This document shows positions 1 through 11,100 of a stretch of DNA of 64,000 nt, piece by piece. The notes below the pieces were generated by a model, which was given only the letters and a program-made list of their open reading frames with translations, ran no database searches and was not told where the DNA came from. Numbering within the stretch: position 1 is the first letter of the stretch; the number at the start of each line of letters is the position of its first letter. This DNA is from a candidate division FCPU426 bacterium (GTDB lineage: Bacteria; Oederibacteriota; Muellerivitia; Muellerivitales; Muellerivitaceae): the NCBI GenBank assembly GCA_963847625.1, contig CAWKAR010000049.1, positions 44,061-108,060 of the forward strand. The letters run 5' to 3'. Made by a program: the position numbers and the translations under genes.

Positions 1-1
1 A

Positions 2-1948
2 ACGCCCCTTTCCCCGCTGACTGACGAGGAATTCCTCCCCCCCGTCCCTGCCTGGCTATGGGTCGTTCTCGGCTTAACGGCGGTTTTTATCCATTTTTAC
101 AAACTGGAAAGCCTTTACGCCTGGCCCAATGGCGACGAGGGTTCCGTCGGTTTGTATGCCATTGGATTAACCGAAAAGTGGAATTGGAAGTTTTTTTACA
201 TGCCCGACCAGATCCCCCCCTTTTTAATTTGGGTCACGAGTTTCTTTTTTCGATTTCTCAAACCTCCGTTATTGGGTCTGTGGCTTTTTCCCGCTTTGGT
301 TTCAATCACCGTTATTCCCTTGAGCTACCTTGCGTTTCGGTCTTATTTCTCGAAATCGTTCAGTTTTTTGGGCGTTTGCCTCACGGCTTTTAGTTTATGG
401 CTTTTTGACTGTGGCCGTTGGTGTCAACCGGGAATACTGTTACCGCCTTGGGAATTGATTTTATTTTTCCTGATGGCCAGGTTCTTGGGAGAAAAAGACC
501 CGGCCCCCGGTAAAAAACTGGCGGCTCTTCTTGGCTTCGTCCTGGGGTTGGGGTATTTCACTTTTCCTTGTTGGCCCTTCGTGGTGCTGTTGATTGGCTT
601 GACCTTTTTGGCCCGGGTCTATACCAAACCCGGGAAAAAACTCGGCTTTCTTTTGCATTTCTCCATCTGTTTTTCCCTCGCTTTCATTCCTTTCTTGGCG
701 GCGGTTTGGAAGGAAGGTTACGCCTCCACCAGGCTGGTGGTCGCTGCCTTCGGCGTTGGGGCTTCCCCTTTCCAGCGGGTCTTGGCCGCGCTGTCTTATT
801 TTTCGTCCTTGTTTTGGGGGCCTCTGAAGGGTATCAGGTTTTATAGCCCTGGAAATTTCGAAAGATTAAACCCTGTCTTGGGGGCGGTTTTTTTTGTGGG
901 GCTGGTCCAAATGATCAGGTACCGTTCACATAAAATCGTAAGATGGGTGTTTTGGGCCTCGATCATCGTGACCCTTCCCGCTTGGCTTTCCATGTATGTG
1001 GAAATGTTGAGGATTATTTCCGTTCTTCCTTTTTTACTGATAGTGGCTTCTTGGGGATTTTTTGGCCTTTTAAAAAAGATCCCGGATAAAAGAAGATTGG
1101 TTGTTTTTCTGCTCTTATTGACGGCAGGCCTGGTCCTGGATGGGTTTCGGGTCTTTAAGCTTCACCCGGGGTCCTCGGGTTCCTTGCTGGAATTATCCAA
1201 TCCCAACTTTTCGCCTGTCAGCCGGACCATCTATGGGGTCTTAAAGGAAATCTCGGAAAAGATGGGAACGGGGTTGATCTTTACCGAGTTCAAGCCGGAA
1301 ATGGGAGATCCGACGCCTTTTGTCACGACTTATTCCTTCAATGCCGCTGAAAATCCCCGGTTGATTCCAGGGAACGCCCATTGGGCGGCGGTGGTCACCA
1401 ATGTCCATTTTCAGCGGTTTCTTTCGGCCCGGTTCCCGGAAGCGCGATGGTATTGGCTGGGCCGCGGTTTGCCCCAGGACAACGAAACCCTGCTTGGGAT
1501 TTTGCCGGTCAACGAGGACTCCCGGGAAACTTTCAAGCGGTGGATCCAAGCGCATCATTACTTCCGCAAATTGACCGAAGACCTTGATAACATCAATGGG
1601 CACCCGACTTACGTCGTAGCCCTGAATGACTTCATCCAAAAACCGATCTGGATCAGCGAGGATCGGTTCCTGGAATCCTGCTATTGGGAAAAAATAGGGG
1701 AATTTTATTATCAATTCGGTTTTCAATCCCATTACGGGGATCTCACAAATGCTTTGGGGCAGGCTATCGAAAAAGGATATCCGGCCGCGCACTTATATTA
1801 CAAACTTGGAAGTTTGCTTCTTCGGAAGAAAAATTTTTCCGGAGCTAAAAAAAACTACGAGGCTGCTTTGCGTTTGGAACCCCATTATCCCGCCGTGCTG
1901 AGCGCCCTGGAAGTCCTGAAGAATATGGAAAAACGGGGGAAAGAATGA
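2..1948 (+). CDS. GT-C (ArnT/PMT, GT39/GT83-like) integral membrane glycosyltransferase with C-terminal TPR; 5'-truncated by window edge
   Basis: The frame is open from position 2 (…YKLESLYAWPNGDEGSVGLYA…), giving the acidic DE motif after the first TM helix. Many TM segments follow, then a TPR-like tail (AHLYYKLGSLLLRKKNFSGAKKNYEAALRLEP). Confidence 0.75.
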   Translation, partial: TPLSPLTDEEFLPPVPAWLWVVLGLTAVFIHFYKLESLYAWPNGDEGSVGLYAIGLTEKWNWKFFYMPDQIPPFLIWVTSFFFRFLKPPLLGLWLFPALVSITVIPLSYLAFRSYFSKSFSFLGVCLTAFSLWLFDCGRWCQPGILLPPWELILFFLMARFLGEKDPAPGKKLAALLGFVLGLGYFTFPCWPFVVLLIGLTFLARVYTKPGKKLGFLLHFSICFSLAFIPFLAAVWKEGYASTRLVVAAFGVGASPFQRVLAALSYFSSLFWGPLKGIRFYSPGNFERLNPVLGAVFFVGLVQMIRYRSHKIVRWVFWASIIVTLPAWLSMYVEMLRIISVLPFLLIVASWGFFGLLKKIPDKRRLVVFLLLLTAGLVLDGFRVFKLHPGSSGSLLELSNPNFSPVSRTIYGVLKEISEKMGTGLIFTEFKPEMGDPTPFVTTYSFNAAENPRLIPGNAHWAAVVTNVHFQRFLSARFPEARWYWLGRGLPQDNETLLGILPVNEDSRETFKRWIQAHHYFRKLTEDLDNINGHPTYVVALNDFIQKPIWISEDRFLESCYWEKIGEFYYQFGFQSHYGDLTNALGQAIEKGYPAAHLYYKLGSLLLRKKNFSGAKKNYEAALRLEPHYPAVLSALEVLKNMEKRGKE

Positions 1949-2021
1949 GAATAAAGACGTTTAGAATTTTGGGGCAAAACCGGGGCCCTTTCCTGCGGGA
2001 AAAGGGGTGAACCCGGCCGGT

Positions 2022-3131
2022 TCATCCCAGGGGCCGGTTTTTCAATCCGAACATCTTTCGGATTTTCATATTCACCGGCAACTCAAAAAAATGGTAGGAA
2101 GCCGCCGAGAAAGCGGTTGTCACGGCGGCGAACAATCCAAAAGCCGCCAGGACTTCCATGCGAGCCATCACGGGATAAAGGCAATAAAACATCACCGCTT
2201 GGAACAGGTAATTCCCATAACTGTACTTGCCCGGCCAGGATAAAACCCTCAGGTATTTCGACTCGAAAAAAGGGACATGAAGGCCACCCAGCAGGAATAA
2301 GAAGGAACTCAGGGCGATGAAAGTCGGCCCGTAAATCAGGTTGACGCGGCTTTCATAACCCGCCGCGCCGTAGGTCACCAGCAAAATGAGCGCGCCCGAA
2401 AGGCAGAGGAAACCGCTGGCCCATTTCTGTTTCCCGAGCAGATCCCCGTATTTCCTCGCCGCCAGGTAAAGCAAGGCTCCAAACGCGATCTGGTCGAACG
2501 CCCCGAAGGATACTTTCATGGACCATGCCGCGCTTCCCACTCCCGCGAAATAGACCCCAAGGCGCCATAAAATCCCGAAACCGATGACGCCCCCCGTGAA
2601 CAGCGCCAATCGCGCTTCCTTTCCCAGCCGTTTCAACAGCGGGGGGTAAAAAAGGTAAAATTGCTCCTCCACCGACAGGGACCACAACACGCCCCAATGA
2701 AGGCCCGGGAAATTCGCGGGGAAAAAGGCCTGGAACCAATTGTAGGAAAAGGTCAATATTGAAAGCCAAAAGAGGAAATCGAATTTCATGCCGGTCGTCT
2801 TGAAACAATAAAGGAACCTCTTGGAAGGCTCGGGCAAAAGGAAGGTAAAGAGAACGCCGAGGGCGATCGTCAAAAACAGCAGGGGGAAAATCCTCGCCAC
2901 CCGGCGGACGTAAAACTCCTTGAACCGGGGCTTGAACAACTCTTCCCTTTCTCCGTCAATCAACCGAGTGATCAGGAAACCTGAAATGACGAAAAAAACG
3001 CAGACTCCATAAGTGCCGTTTTTCAGGGCCGGCTGCCAGAGCCATTGAAATGCGGGGCCCGCCGCCCGCATTCCGGCCATGTGCGTGGCCATCACCGAAA
3101 GGATGGAAAAGGTCCTGGCCAAGTCGACCAC
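2022..3131 (-). CDS. Acyltransferase family 3 (OafA/YrhL-like O-acyltransferase)
   Basis: Motifs DLAR…MATH, GVCVFFVISGFLIT, FYVRRVARIFP and LWSLSVEEQFY, with about 10 TM helices. The true start may lie slightly upstream. Confidence 0.9.
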   Translation of the reverse strand: MVDLARTFSILSVMATHMAGMRAAGPAFQWLWQPALKNGTYGVCVFFVISGFLITRLIDGEREELFKPRFKEFYVRRVARIFPLLFLTIALGVLFTFLLPEPSKRFLYCFKTTGMKFDFLFWLSILTFSYNWFQAFFPANFPGLHWGVLWSLSVEEQFYLFYPPLLKRLGKEARLALFTGGVIGFGILWRLGVYFAGVGSAAWSMKVSFGAFDQIAFGALLYLAARKYGDLLGKQKWASGFLCLSGALILLVTYGAAGYESRVNLIYGPTFIALSSFLFLLGGLHVPFFESKYLRVLSWPGKYSYGNYLFQAVMFYCLYPVMARMEVLAAFGLFAAVTTAFSAASYHFFELPVNMKIRKMFGLKNRPLG

Positions 3132-3231
3132 TTGAATTTTTTTCGAGGAAAGTGAAATATTTTTGCCCTTTAGCCCGACTTTCCCGCTTGAAAAAGTTAG
3201 CGGACGTGGTTGGACCGGGATGGAGGGGATT

Positions 3232-5132
3232 TTATTTCAAGGGGGCGGGCTGCACCCTTTGGACCACCTTGTCGCTTTCCGAACCGTCGGCGGTCACGGA
3301 GGTGACTGCGAAATAATAGGTCTTGCCGTTTTTTAAATCTTTCAAAAGCGCCTGGGAGGCGGTCTGGGGGAACTTGGTCACGCGCTTGAAATTCGTGCCG
3401 TCGTCGGAAACGTACAGGTTATATCCCATCGCGCCGTCCACCGCGTTCCAGGTCAGCCTCGCGAAGGTATCACCGCCCTCAATCTTGAATTCGGAAGGGA
3501 TCTTGGGTTTATTGGGGGAAACCTGCGCCGGGGGAGGAGACTCTGGTCTTGCCATATCGGAAAGCCTGAGGGCCAGGATCGCGCTCAAGGGGCTTTCCGC
3601 GCCCTCCGTAGTGACGGCCGTGACCGCGAATCGGTAGCTTTTGTCCGGATCGATTTTCATCAGGATCAATTTGGTATCCAAGATCGGGCGGGCCGTCAGC
3701 TTTTGCGCTGGTTTTCCCTGGTCATCCGCCAGGTAAAGGTTATAACCGGCGATATTTCCCGACAGCGCCTTGCCCCAATCCAGTTGGACCCCTTCCCCGA
3801 CAGGGGTGGCCTTGAGGCCCGTCGGGGGTGATAGGGCCGGGCCGGCCGCGGCGGCACCGGGTACGACGGTCAATTTCGTCATGGAACTCTCGCGGCCCGC
3901 CGCGCTCACCGAAACCACCCCGAAGGCGTATTCCTGCCCGTTTTTGAGGTTCTTGAGTTTGAGGATCGTGTCGTTCAGGGGCCGGGCCGTAATGCGGGAA
4001 TAGGACTGGGTTCCGGGTTTTTTCAAGTACAGTTGGTAACCCAGCAGGTCCTTTTGGTGGACCGCGTTCCAGGAGAGGACCACCCCCCGGTCGAAAATCC
4101 TGGCCTGGAGGCCCGCCGGGGCGCGCAGGCCTTCCTCCCCTTCCGCCCCGAAGCGCAAGATCAGGGAGAACCGGTGGGTGTTGCCCAAGGTGTTGAGGGG
4201 CGTGAAGGCATAATCGAACTGCATGAACTTGAGGTTCACCCCGATCCCGGCGGTGGGGTACTGCTGGTCCGTGTCCCCCGTGAAACCCGCGCGCAAGGCC
4301 AGGGTCTTGTCGAACCAGTACTCCGCGCCGACAGCCCCGGAATAGCTTTGGGCCCCGATCTGGTAGGAATTGTCCAGGGCTAAAAGCAGGGTGTGTTTGG
4401 GGGTGTCCACGATCCGGCAGGCCAAGCCCAACCGGCCCGAGGTGGGCAGGGGATCCCCCGCCGATACGAACTCAACCTGCTGGCCGACGTTGAAGATTCC
4501 CGCGCCCACGCTGAAGCCGCCTCCGGGCGTGAGCAGTATCCCGAAATCCCCGCCCATGGCCTGGGCGTTGAAGCCCGCGATGTTCCTGAGGATGTATTTT
4601 CCGGTCACGCCGAAGGAAATCACGTTATGGATCCGGAAGGCGAGGGAGGCCGAGAGGGCGTTGTCCGCGGCCGAGACCGCGGGCGAAAGCCCGTTGGTGC
4701 TGTCGAAGGGGGGAACGCCCAGGTTGACGCAGCCCAGCCCTAAGCCAAAAGCATTCTCGCCCGCCGGGATGGGCAGGGCGATTCCGCCGAAGTTGTAGGC
4801 GATGTCGCTCAGGTAAAGCATGTGCAGGTAGCCGACTTCCATATGCTCCATGACGGCCAGGCCCGCCGGGTTCCAGGTAAGCGCGTTCACGTCGTCGGCG
4901 ACCGCCGTAAAGGCCCCCCCATTCCCTGGCTCCGGGCCCCGGCGTCGATGGACAGGAAGTCCGCGCCGGATGTCAGTTGTTGGGCCGGTGCCTCCCCTGG
5001 CCAGTTGAGCAAGAATGTAAAAGCCGCTAGGAGTGCCCATAGGGTGATCGAGGGGTTGGCGGGAGGCGGTTGGCAGTTCGCAGTTTTTAACCGCGAACCG
5101 CGAACCGTGGACTGTGAACAATTGTTTATCAT
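3232..5132 (-). pseudogene. PorV/UPF0164-family outer-membrane barrel fused to three Fn3 domains, frameshifted at a G7 homopolymer (4914-4920)
   Basis: ORF 4887..5132 gives a signal peptide plus GADFLSIDAGARSQGMG; ORF 3232..5121 continues GGAFTAVADDVNALTWNPAGL. Together these form the PorV-family N-terminal motif, and one extra G joins them. ATG 5132 overlaps the upstream TGA (ATGA). Confidence 0.75.
5064..5119. repeat. Inverted arrays of heptamer repeats (GTTCGCG/GTTCACA vs TGCGAAC/TGCCAAC) forming a hairpin
   Basis: Minus strand reads GTTCACA GTCCACG GTTCGCG GTTCGCG GTT aaa AAC TGCGAAC TGCCAAC CGCC. Confidence 0.7.
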
Positions 5133-8100
5133 TTCACCACCGCTACTTTCAGGATCTGGTGGAACAAGCCTGACTTGATCTCGATGAGGTAGATGCCCGA
5201 GGCTACGACGTTGCCGTTTTTATCCTTCATGTCCCAAGAGGTTTTTTCCGCCGTGCCGGCCGTGGCGGGCGGGACTGAGAGAGAACGGATCAACCTCCCC
5301 GCGATGTTATAAATGTTGAGTTCCACGGACCCGCTGGAAGGAACCTCGTAGGATATGCCCAGGGTCTGCCCCAAGAGAGGCCGGACCAGGTTGGCGTCGA
5401 AGACCATCTGGCCGGATTTTACCGTCACCACCGTCGGGGGGGGCTTGAGGGTGGTCGCGTAGGCGTGGTTGGAATTGGAACTGGTCCCCACGGGGACGGA
5501 ATAAACCGCCCGGGCCACGTAGAAATAAGTGACTCCGACACTCAAACCGGTGTTGTTGAACACCGTGACGGGCGCGAAGGCGGTGTTGTAAAGGGTGGTC
5601 ACGGGGGTGGTGAGGGTCGCGCCGAAGGAATTGGTCCGGTAGATGGCGTAACCCGTCACGATTCGGCCCAGGTCGTTGGCGGGGGTCCAGGTAAGCTGGA
5701 TGGTATTGGTTCCCGTGCCCTTGGCGGCCAGGTTTGTGGGGGGATTGAGGTTGTTTTGGCTGCTGGCGGCCGTGACCGTCACGGCAACGCTCTCGTGCAC
5801 GCCCGGAAGGGCCTGTCCCGTCTCGTCGATGGCAGTGACCGTGAAGGTGACGGAAACCCCGTTGGTGCTGGGGACCAGCCACCAGGTTTGGGCCGTCAGG
5901 ACGGTCGTCGGGGTCCCGCCGGAGGAAATGACAACCTGGTACTCGGAAACGGGCAGGCTTCCGCCCGAGGGCGGCGCGGCGGGGGCCCAATCGATGAGGA
6001 TTTGTTCGTCACCCGGCAAGGGGGTCAAGCCCGTCGGGGCGGGGGGCGGATTGGAAGCCCCGTCCAGGATTTCCGTTGAGGGAGGACCCTCATGGCCCAC
6101 GGCATCGAGGGCTTCCACCTCGTAGCCGTAAAGCTGGCCCAACGCCACGGTGCTGTCAATCAAAGATGAAACGCCCGAACCCACGACCGTCAGGGGCGAG
6201 GCCGGGTTATAGGTTCCCGAAGAGTTTCGGCGATATATCGCGTATCCGGTAACGGTGAAGGAACTGGTGGCCGGGGCGGACCAGGAGAGCGTGACTTCGG
6301 TGTTGCTGGAGGCGGAGGTGACCGCGGGAGGGCTTAAGGCAAATGGATAGCCCGTCACCGGGGCCGAGGGGCCCAGGCTGGTCACGCTGTTCGCGTTGAC
6401 GGCGTAAACGAGGTACACGAAGGTGGAACCGTCGGCGGCGGGGCTGTCCACGTAGGTCACTGGTACGTTCGCCGCCGTCACGGAGCTGGAGACGGCCGTC
6501 AGGGGGCCCGCGTTGCGGGTGATGACATACTGGTTCACGTTCACGGTGTCCAACGGGCCGTTGGTGAGCCAATGCAGGGTGACCGCGTTGTCGCCGTCGG
6601 ATTCCCTGAGGCCCGTGGGCGCGTTGGGCGGACGGGCGGCCGTGGTGAAGACCGTGGCGCTGGCGCTGTGGCAAAGGCCCCCCACGTTGTCGACAGAAAC
6701 AAGGTAATAATAATATTTGGTTCCATTCGTCACCGGGGCGTCGGTGTAGGTGCCGCCGGTTGGAACCGTGGCGAGGAGAGTGTAACCGGTGAATTGGGAC
6801 GTACTGCGGTACAGCTGGTAGCCGGTCACCGGGGCCCCGACCACAGGGTCCAACCAGGTGACTGCCACCAGGGCGTTCTGGCCCTGGGCCGAGAGGCTGC
6901 TGGGCGGATTGATATTTCCCGTGCTCGGCATGCCCGTGACCAAGGCGGAATTAGCGCTGATGTGGAGCCCGCTGACGATCCCGGAGGTGTCCTCGGACAC
7001 CAGCCAATAGGTGTAAGTGGTGAGATCCGCCAGGCCCATGTCGACGAAACCCGTGATGGTGGAGTTGACCGTGGCGACCAGGATCGTCACCCCGCTGCCG
7101 ACCGCGGTGCGGTAAATTTGGTACGCTCCGATGGGAAGGGTGCCCGGCGATCCAGGCAGCCAGGTGATCTGGACTTCCTGGTCCCCGGCATAGAGGGCCA
7201 CGCTTACCGGCGCGCCAGGCTGGACCAGGGGCTGGGCGGAAACCGGGGCCGTCTGGGCGCTCAAGTTACCCTGCACGTCCACCGTCTGCAGGGCATAGGT
7301 GTAGGTCGTCCCGTTCGTGACCGCGTTATCGGTGTATGCCGCGGCCGTGTAAGGCAGGAAGGTGAGCGGCGCCCCGGTCAAGGTGACCGAGTTGGAACGG
7401 AAAACGTCGTAGCCGGACACCGGGTAGGTGGTGGCGGCGGGGGCGGTCCAGGACAGCGCCACCTGGTTGTTCCCGGCGGTGGCGGCCAGGAAAACCGGCG
7501 GGTTGGGTTGGCGGAAAGCCGTGACCGGCGCGGCCAGGGCCGTGTTGAGGGGGCTCATGAGGCCGCCCAGCTCGGCCTCCACCAGGTAATAGTAGGCCGT
7601 CCCGTCCGCCGCGGTCGTGTCCACAAAAGTGGTGCTGGTGGAGGGAACGCTGGTGATGGGGGTGTAGGCGGCGGTGGCCGGGCCGCTTCCCGTAATGGGC
7701 CCGTTCGCGCGGTAGATATTGTACCCGGTGATGGCCTGGATGGCCGGGTTGGCGGCCCAGGTGAGGCTGACCGCGGCCTGGGTGGGGCTGACGCCGGACT
7801 GGGCCAAGAGGCTGGCCGGGGAGGATGGCCCGATGAGGATGGTGATGGAATTGGAAGCGGGGCCTTCCCCGGTGGGGTTGGTGGCGGAAATCTGGAAGGA
7901 ATAGGTCTGGCCGAATTGGACGGGCCATTGGAACGTGACGGGCATGGCGAAACCCGCCGTGACCGGCACGGCCTGGATCGAGACGGATTGGTTGTAATTC
8001 AGTTGGCGGTAGATGTTGTATTTCGCCACGTCGCCGGCGCCGACAGTGTTCCAATTCAACACCACCGACACGTTGTCGGGCAGGAGGTTGACCGAGTTGA

Positions 8101-11100
8101 GGACCGGCGCCGCGGGGTAGGTCAACTGGGTGACCGGCCCCTCTGGGGAACCCGAGCCGAAGAAGTTGTTGGTTTCAAGCCAGTAGTAATAGGTGGTGTC
8201 GGGGCTCTCCCCCGTGACCGACCCGGCGTACAGGCCTTGGTCGTAATAGGACACGCTGGAGGCGGGGACAAGGTTGGCCCCGGTGGCTCCCGCCAGCTGG
8301 TTGGTGTTGTTGACCAGCAGGGAAACGCTGGAGGCGTTGGGCGCGGCCCCCGTGACGTTGTTCCAGGTCACGGAAATATCGTTGGAAGCGCTGATGGAAG
8401 AAATACCCAGGCCCGTGGGCGCCGGGGGAGCCAGCCCGCTGGTGACCGCCGCAGATAAAAGGCTTTCCCCTCCCAGGATGGTGACTCCGCTTCCCGCGTT
8501 GGTCGCCGTCACGTTGTAATAATAGGTGACTCCCTGTGCGGGGGTACTGTCGGCGTAGGAAGTGCCCGGGGAGGGCACGTTTGCGAGGAGCTGGGTGATG
8601 GGCACGGAGGGCAACTGGCTCCGGTAAACGGAATAATCGAACACGTTTTCTGAGGCCGGGTTCGGGGCCCAACTCACCGTGATGGCGGTGGAGCCGGGGG
8701 AAACGGTCACGGGCGCGGGCGGGTTGGGGGGAATCTGCAGGCCCTTCATGGCCGGGGCGCCGGCGCCTGCGGGATTTTGTTCCCCCAGGAAATAGAAATA
8801 AGTCGTGCCGGCGGAAAGGCCCGGGTCCGTCAGGGACGTCACCGGAACGCCGGCCGCCGTGACAGGAATGCCGATGGACACCTCGGTGGAGCCGACGGTG
8901 GTGGGGGCCGTGTTGCGGTAAAGGTTATAGGAGGTCACGTTGGCCAGGGTGGCGGAAGACCAGGTCAGGTCCACATTGCTGCGGATCGCCGGGTCGGCCA
9001 CCACCGAAAAGCCCGACGGTGCTGGCGGCAGGAGGGTGGAGAAAACCACTGAGGAAGGAAGGCTTTCCCCTCCGGCGATGGTCACCCCTTTTCCCGGGTT
9101 GGTGGCGGTCAACTCGTAATAATAATTGGTTCCGGCCACGGCGCCGCCGTCGGCGAAGGAAGTTCCGGGGCTCGTCACCGTCGCCAGAACCGAGGTAAAG
9201 GGTCCGGCCGGGTTGGTGCTCCGGTAAATGGTGTAAATCAACACGTTTTCCGAGGCCGGGTTCGCGGTCCAACTCACCGTGATGGTGGCCGCGGTGGAAG
9301 AGGCCCCGACCCCCGTCGGGGCGTTGGGGGGGATCATGACCCCCACCGCGGGGGAAACCGTGCTGGGACCGCCCAAGTTCTGGGCCTGGGCATAGTAATA
9401 CAGGATGTTTCCCGCCGCCGAGGGGCCCAGGGTCGCGTCCGTAAAGCTGTAGCCCGGCGCACCGGATGCCATGAGCGTTGCGCCCGCCCCGAATGTGGCG
9501 CTGGGGCTGCGGTAAAGGTTGTAACCCGTGATGTTGGTTTCGGGAGCGGACGGCACGGACCAGGTGAGGGTGACGGTGTCGGAAGCCGTGGCGGTCACCG
9601 CCAGGCCGGTGGGTGTGTGGGGTAACAGCGGCATGGTGACCGGCAGTGATAAGGGGCCTTCCCCGCCGGCGTTGGACGCCGAGACCTGGTAAATATAGTT
9701 CACGCCCACGATCAGGCCGGTGGAGTCCGGGTAAGTGGTGGCCGAGGCCGTGGTGCCGACGGAAATGCCGTTTCGGTAAAGGGTGTAACCGGTCACTCCC
9801 TGGTTGTTAACCGAGTTCCAATTCAAGGTGATGGCCGCCGCTCCCGAGGATGCCGTCAAACCCGTGGGCGCCGCCGGCAGGATATAGCCCGTCACAGGGC
9901 TGGAGGGGTTGGATAGGGCGCCGTTGCTGTCAAAGGCGCTGACCTGGTAGACGTAATAATGGCCGATGGCCACGGAGGAATCGTCGTAAGTGGCGGGGGA
10001 AACCCCCACGGTGACATCCCTGCCGAAAACCCCATCGGGGGAGATTTGGACCTGGTAGCCCGTGACCGGCCCGTTGAGCATCAGGGTCGGGTCGGGGGCC
10101 GTCCAAGAAAGCCCGATGGTGGCCGGACTGACGCTCACCAGGGTCGTGAAGGCGCCCGTGGGCGGGTAACCCGGCGGGAATCCTTGGGCCTGGGAGGAAA
10201 CGGCGCTGATGTGGGCTCCCGCCGGCCCGGAGGGATACTGGCTGTCGAGTGAAACCAGCTCGTAATAATTGAGGGAGGCCGCCACCGGCGCCGGGTCGTT
10301 ATAGGTGGTGGTGGAACCCGCTAAGGTGGCCACCGTGACGGCGCCCGACATGGAAGAGGAAGTGGAACGCAGGACCAGCAAGCCCGTCACCGCGTAAGAC
10401 CCGGACACAGATGCTGGGGCGCCCCAGTTCAATTGGACCGTTGTGCCGCCCGTCAAGGCGGTGACGGGCCCGGGCGCCGCCGGGTTGGCGAAGGCCGTCA
10501 CGGGACCGAGGGAGCTGGTGGTGGACTCGGCCACCGTGTTGTAGGCGAGAATCTGGTAGGAATAGCCGGTGAGGTTTGTGACGGAGTCATTATAGCTAGT
10601 CTGGCTGATGGGTAACGTCACCGCGTTGGATAAAACCGTCCCGCTGGGCAGGGTCACGGAGCCCGTAAAGTCTCCCCCGGCCGGGGTCCGGATCATGACG
10701 TACCCCAGGGGGCTTTCGTTGGTGACCTGGCCCCAGGAAAGTGCGACCGCCCCGCCGCCGCCGACATAATTGGCCGGGAGCGCCGTGAATGAGCCTGGCG
10801 GGCTGGGCGCCGCGATGGAATAAACAAAGGTTTTCGAGGAATCCATCGGGGCCGAGTTGCCGTACACGTTGAGGGCACTCACCATGCTCAGGGGCCAGGA
10901 TCCGTCCTGGCCCGAGGCCGTGCCGACCAGAGTGACAGGATAAGATTGGTTCGTCACAATGGGATTGCTGGAGGCATTGACGGTGATCGTTCCGGGGGTG
11001 GAACCGGAGGGGTTGACGATGACATCGGAGCCCAAGGGATCCTTGGCCGAGCTGAAGCTCCAATTCGACACGCCCGAGCTGTTGGCGGGAACCAGGAAGG

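Noticed and set aside
6572..8458. 628-aa plus-strand ORF and other alternative-frame ORFs over GC-rich genes (e.g. 33657-35141, 27580-28701, 51637-52818)
   Set aside because: These are shadow ORFs opposite well-supported genes, with no recognisable motifs.
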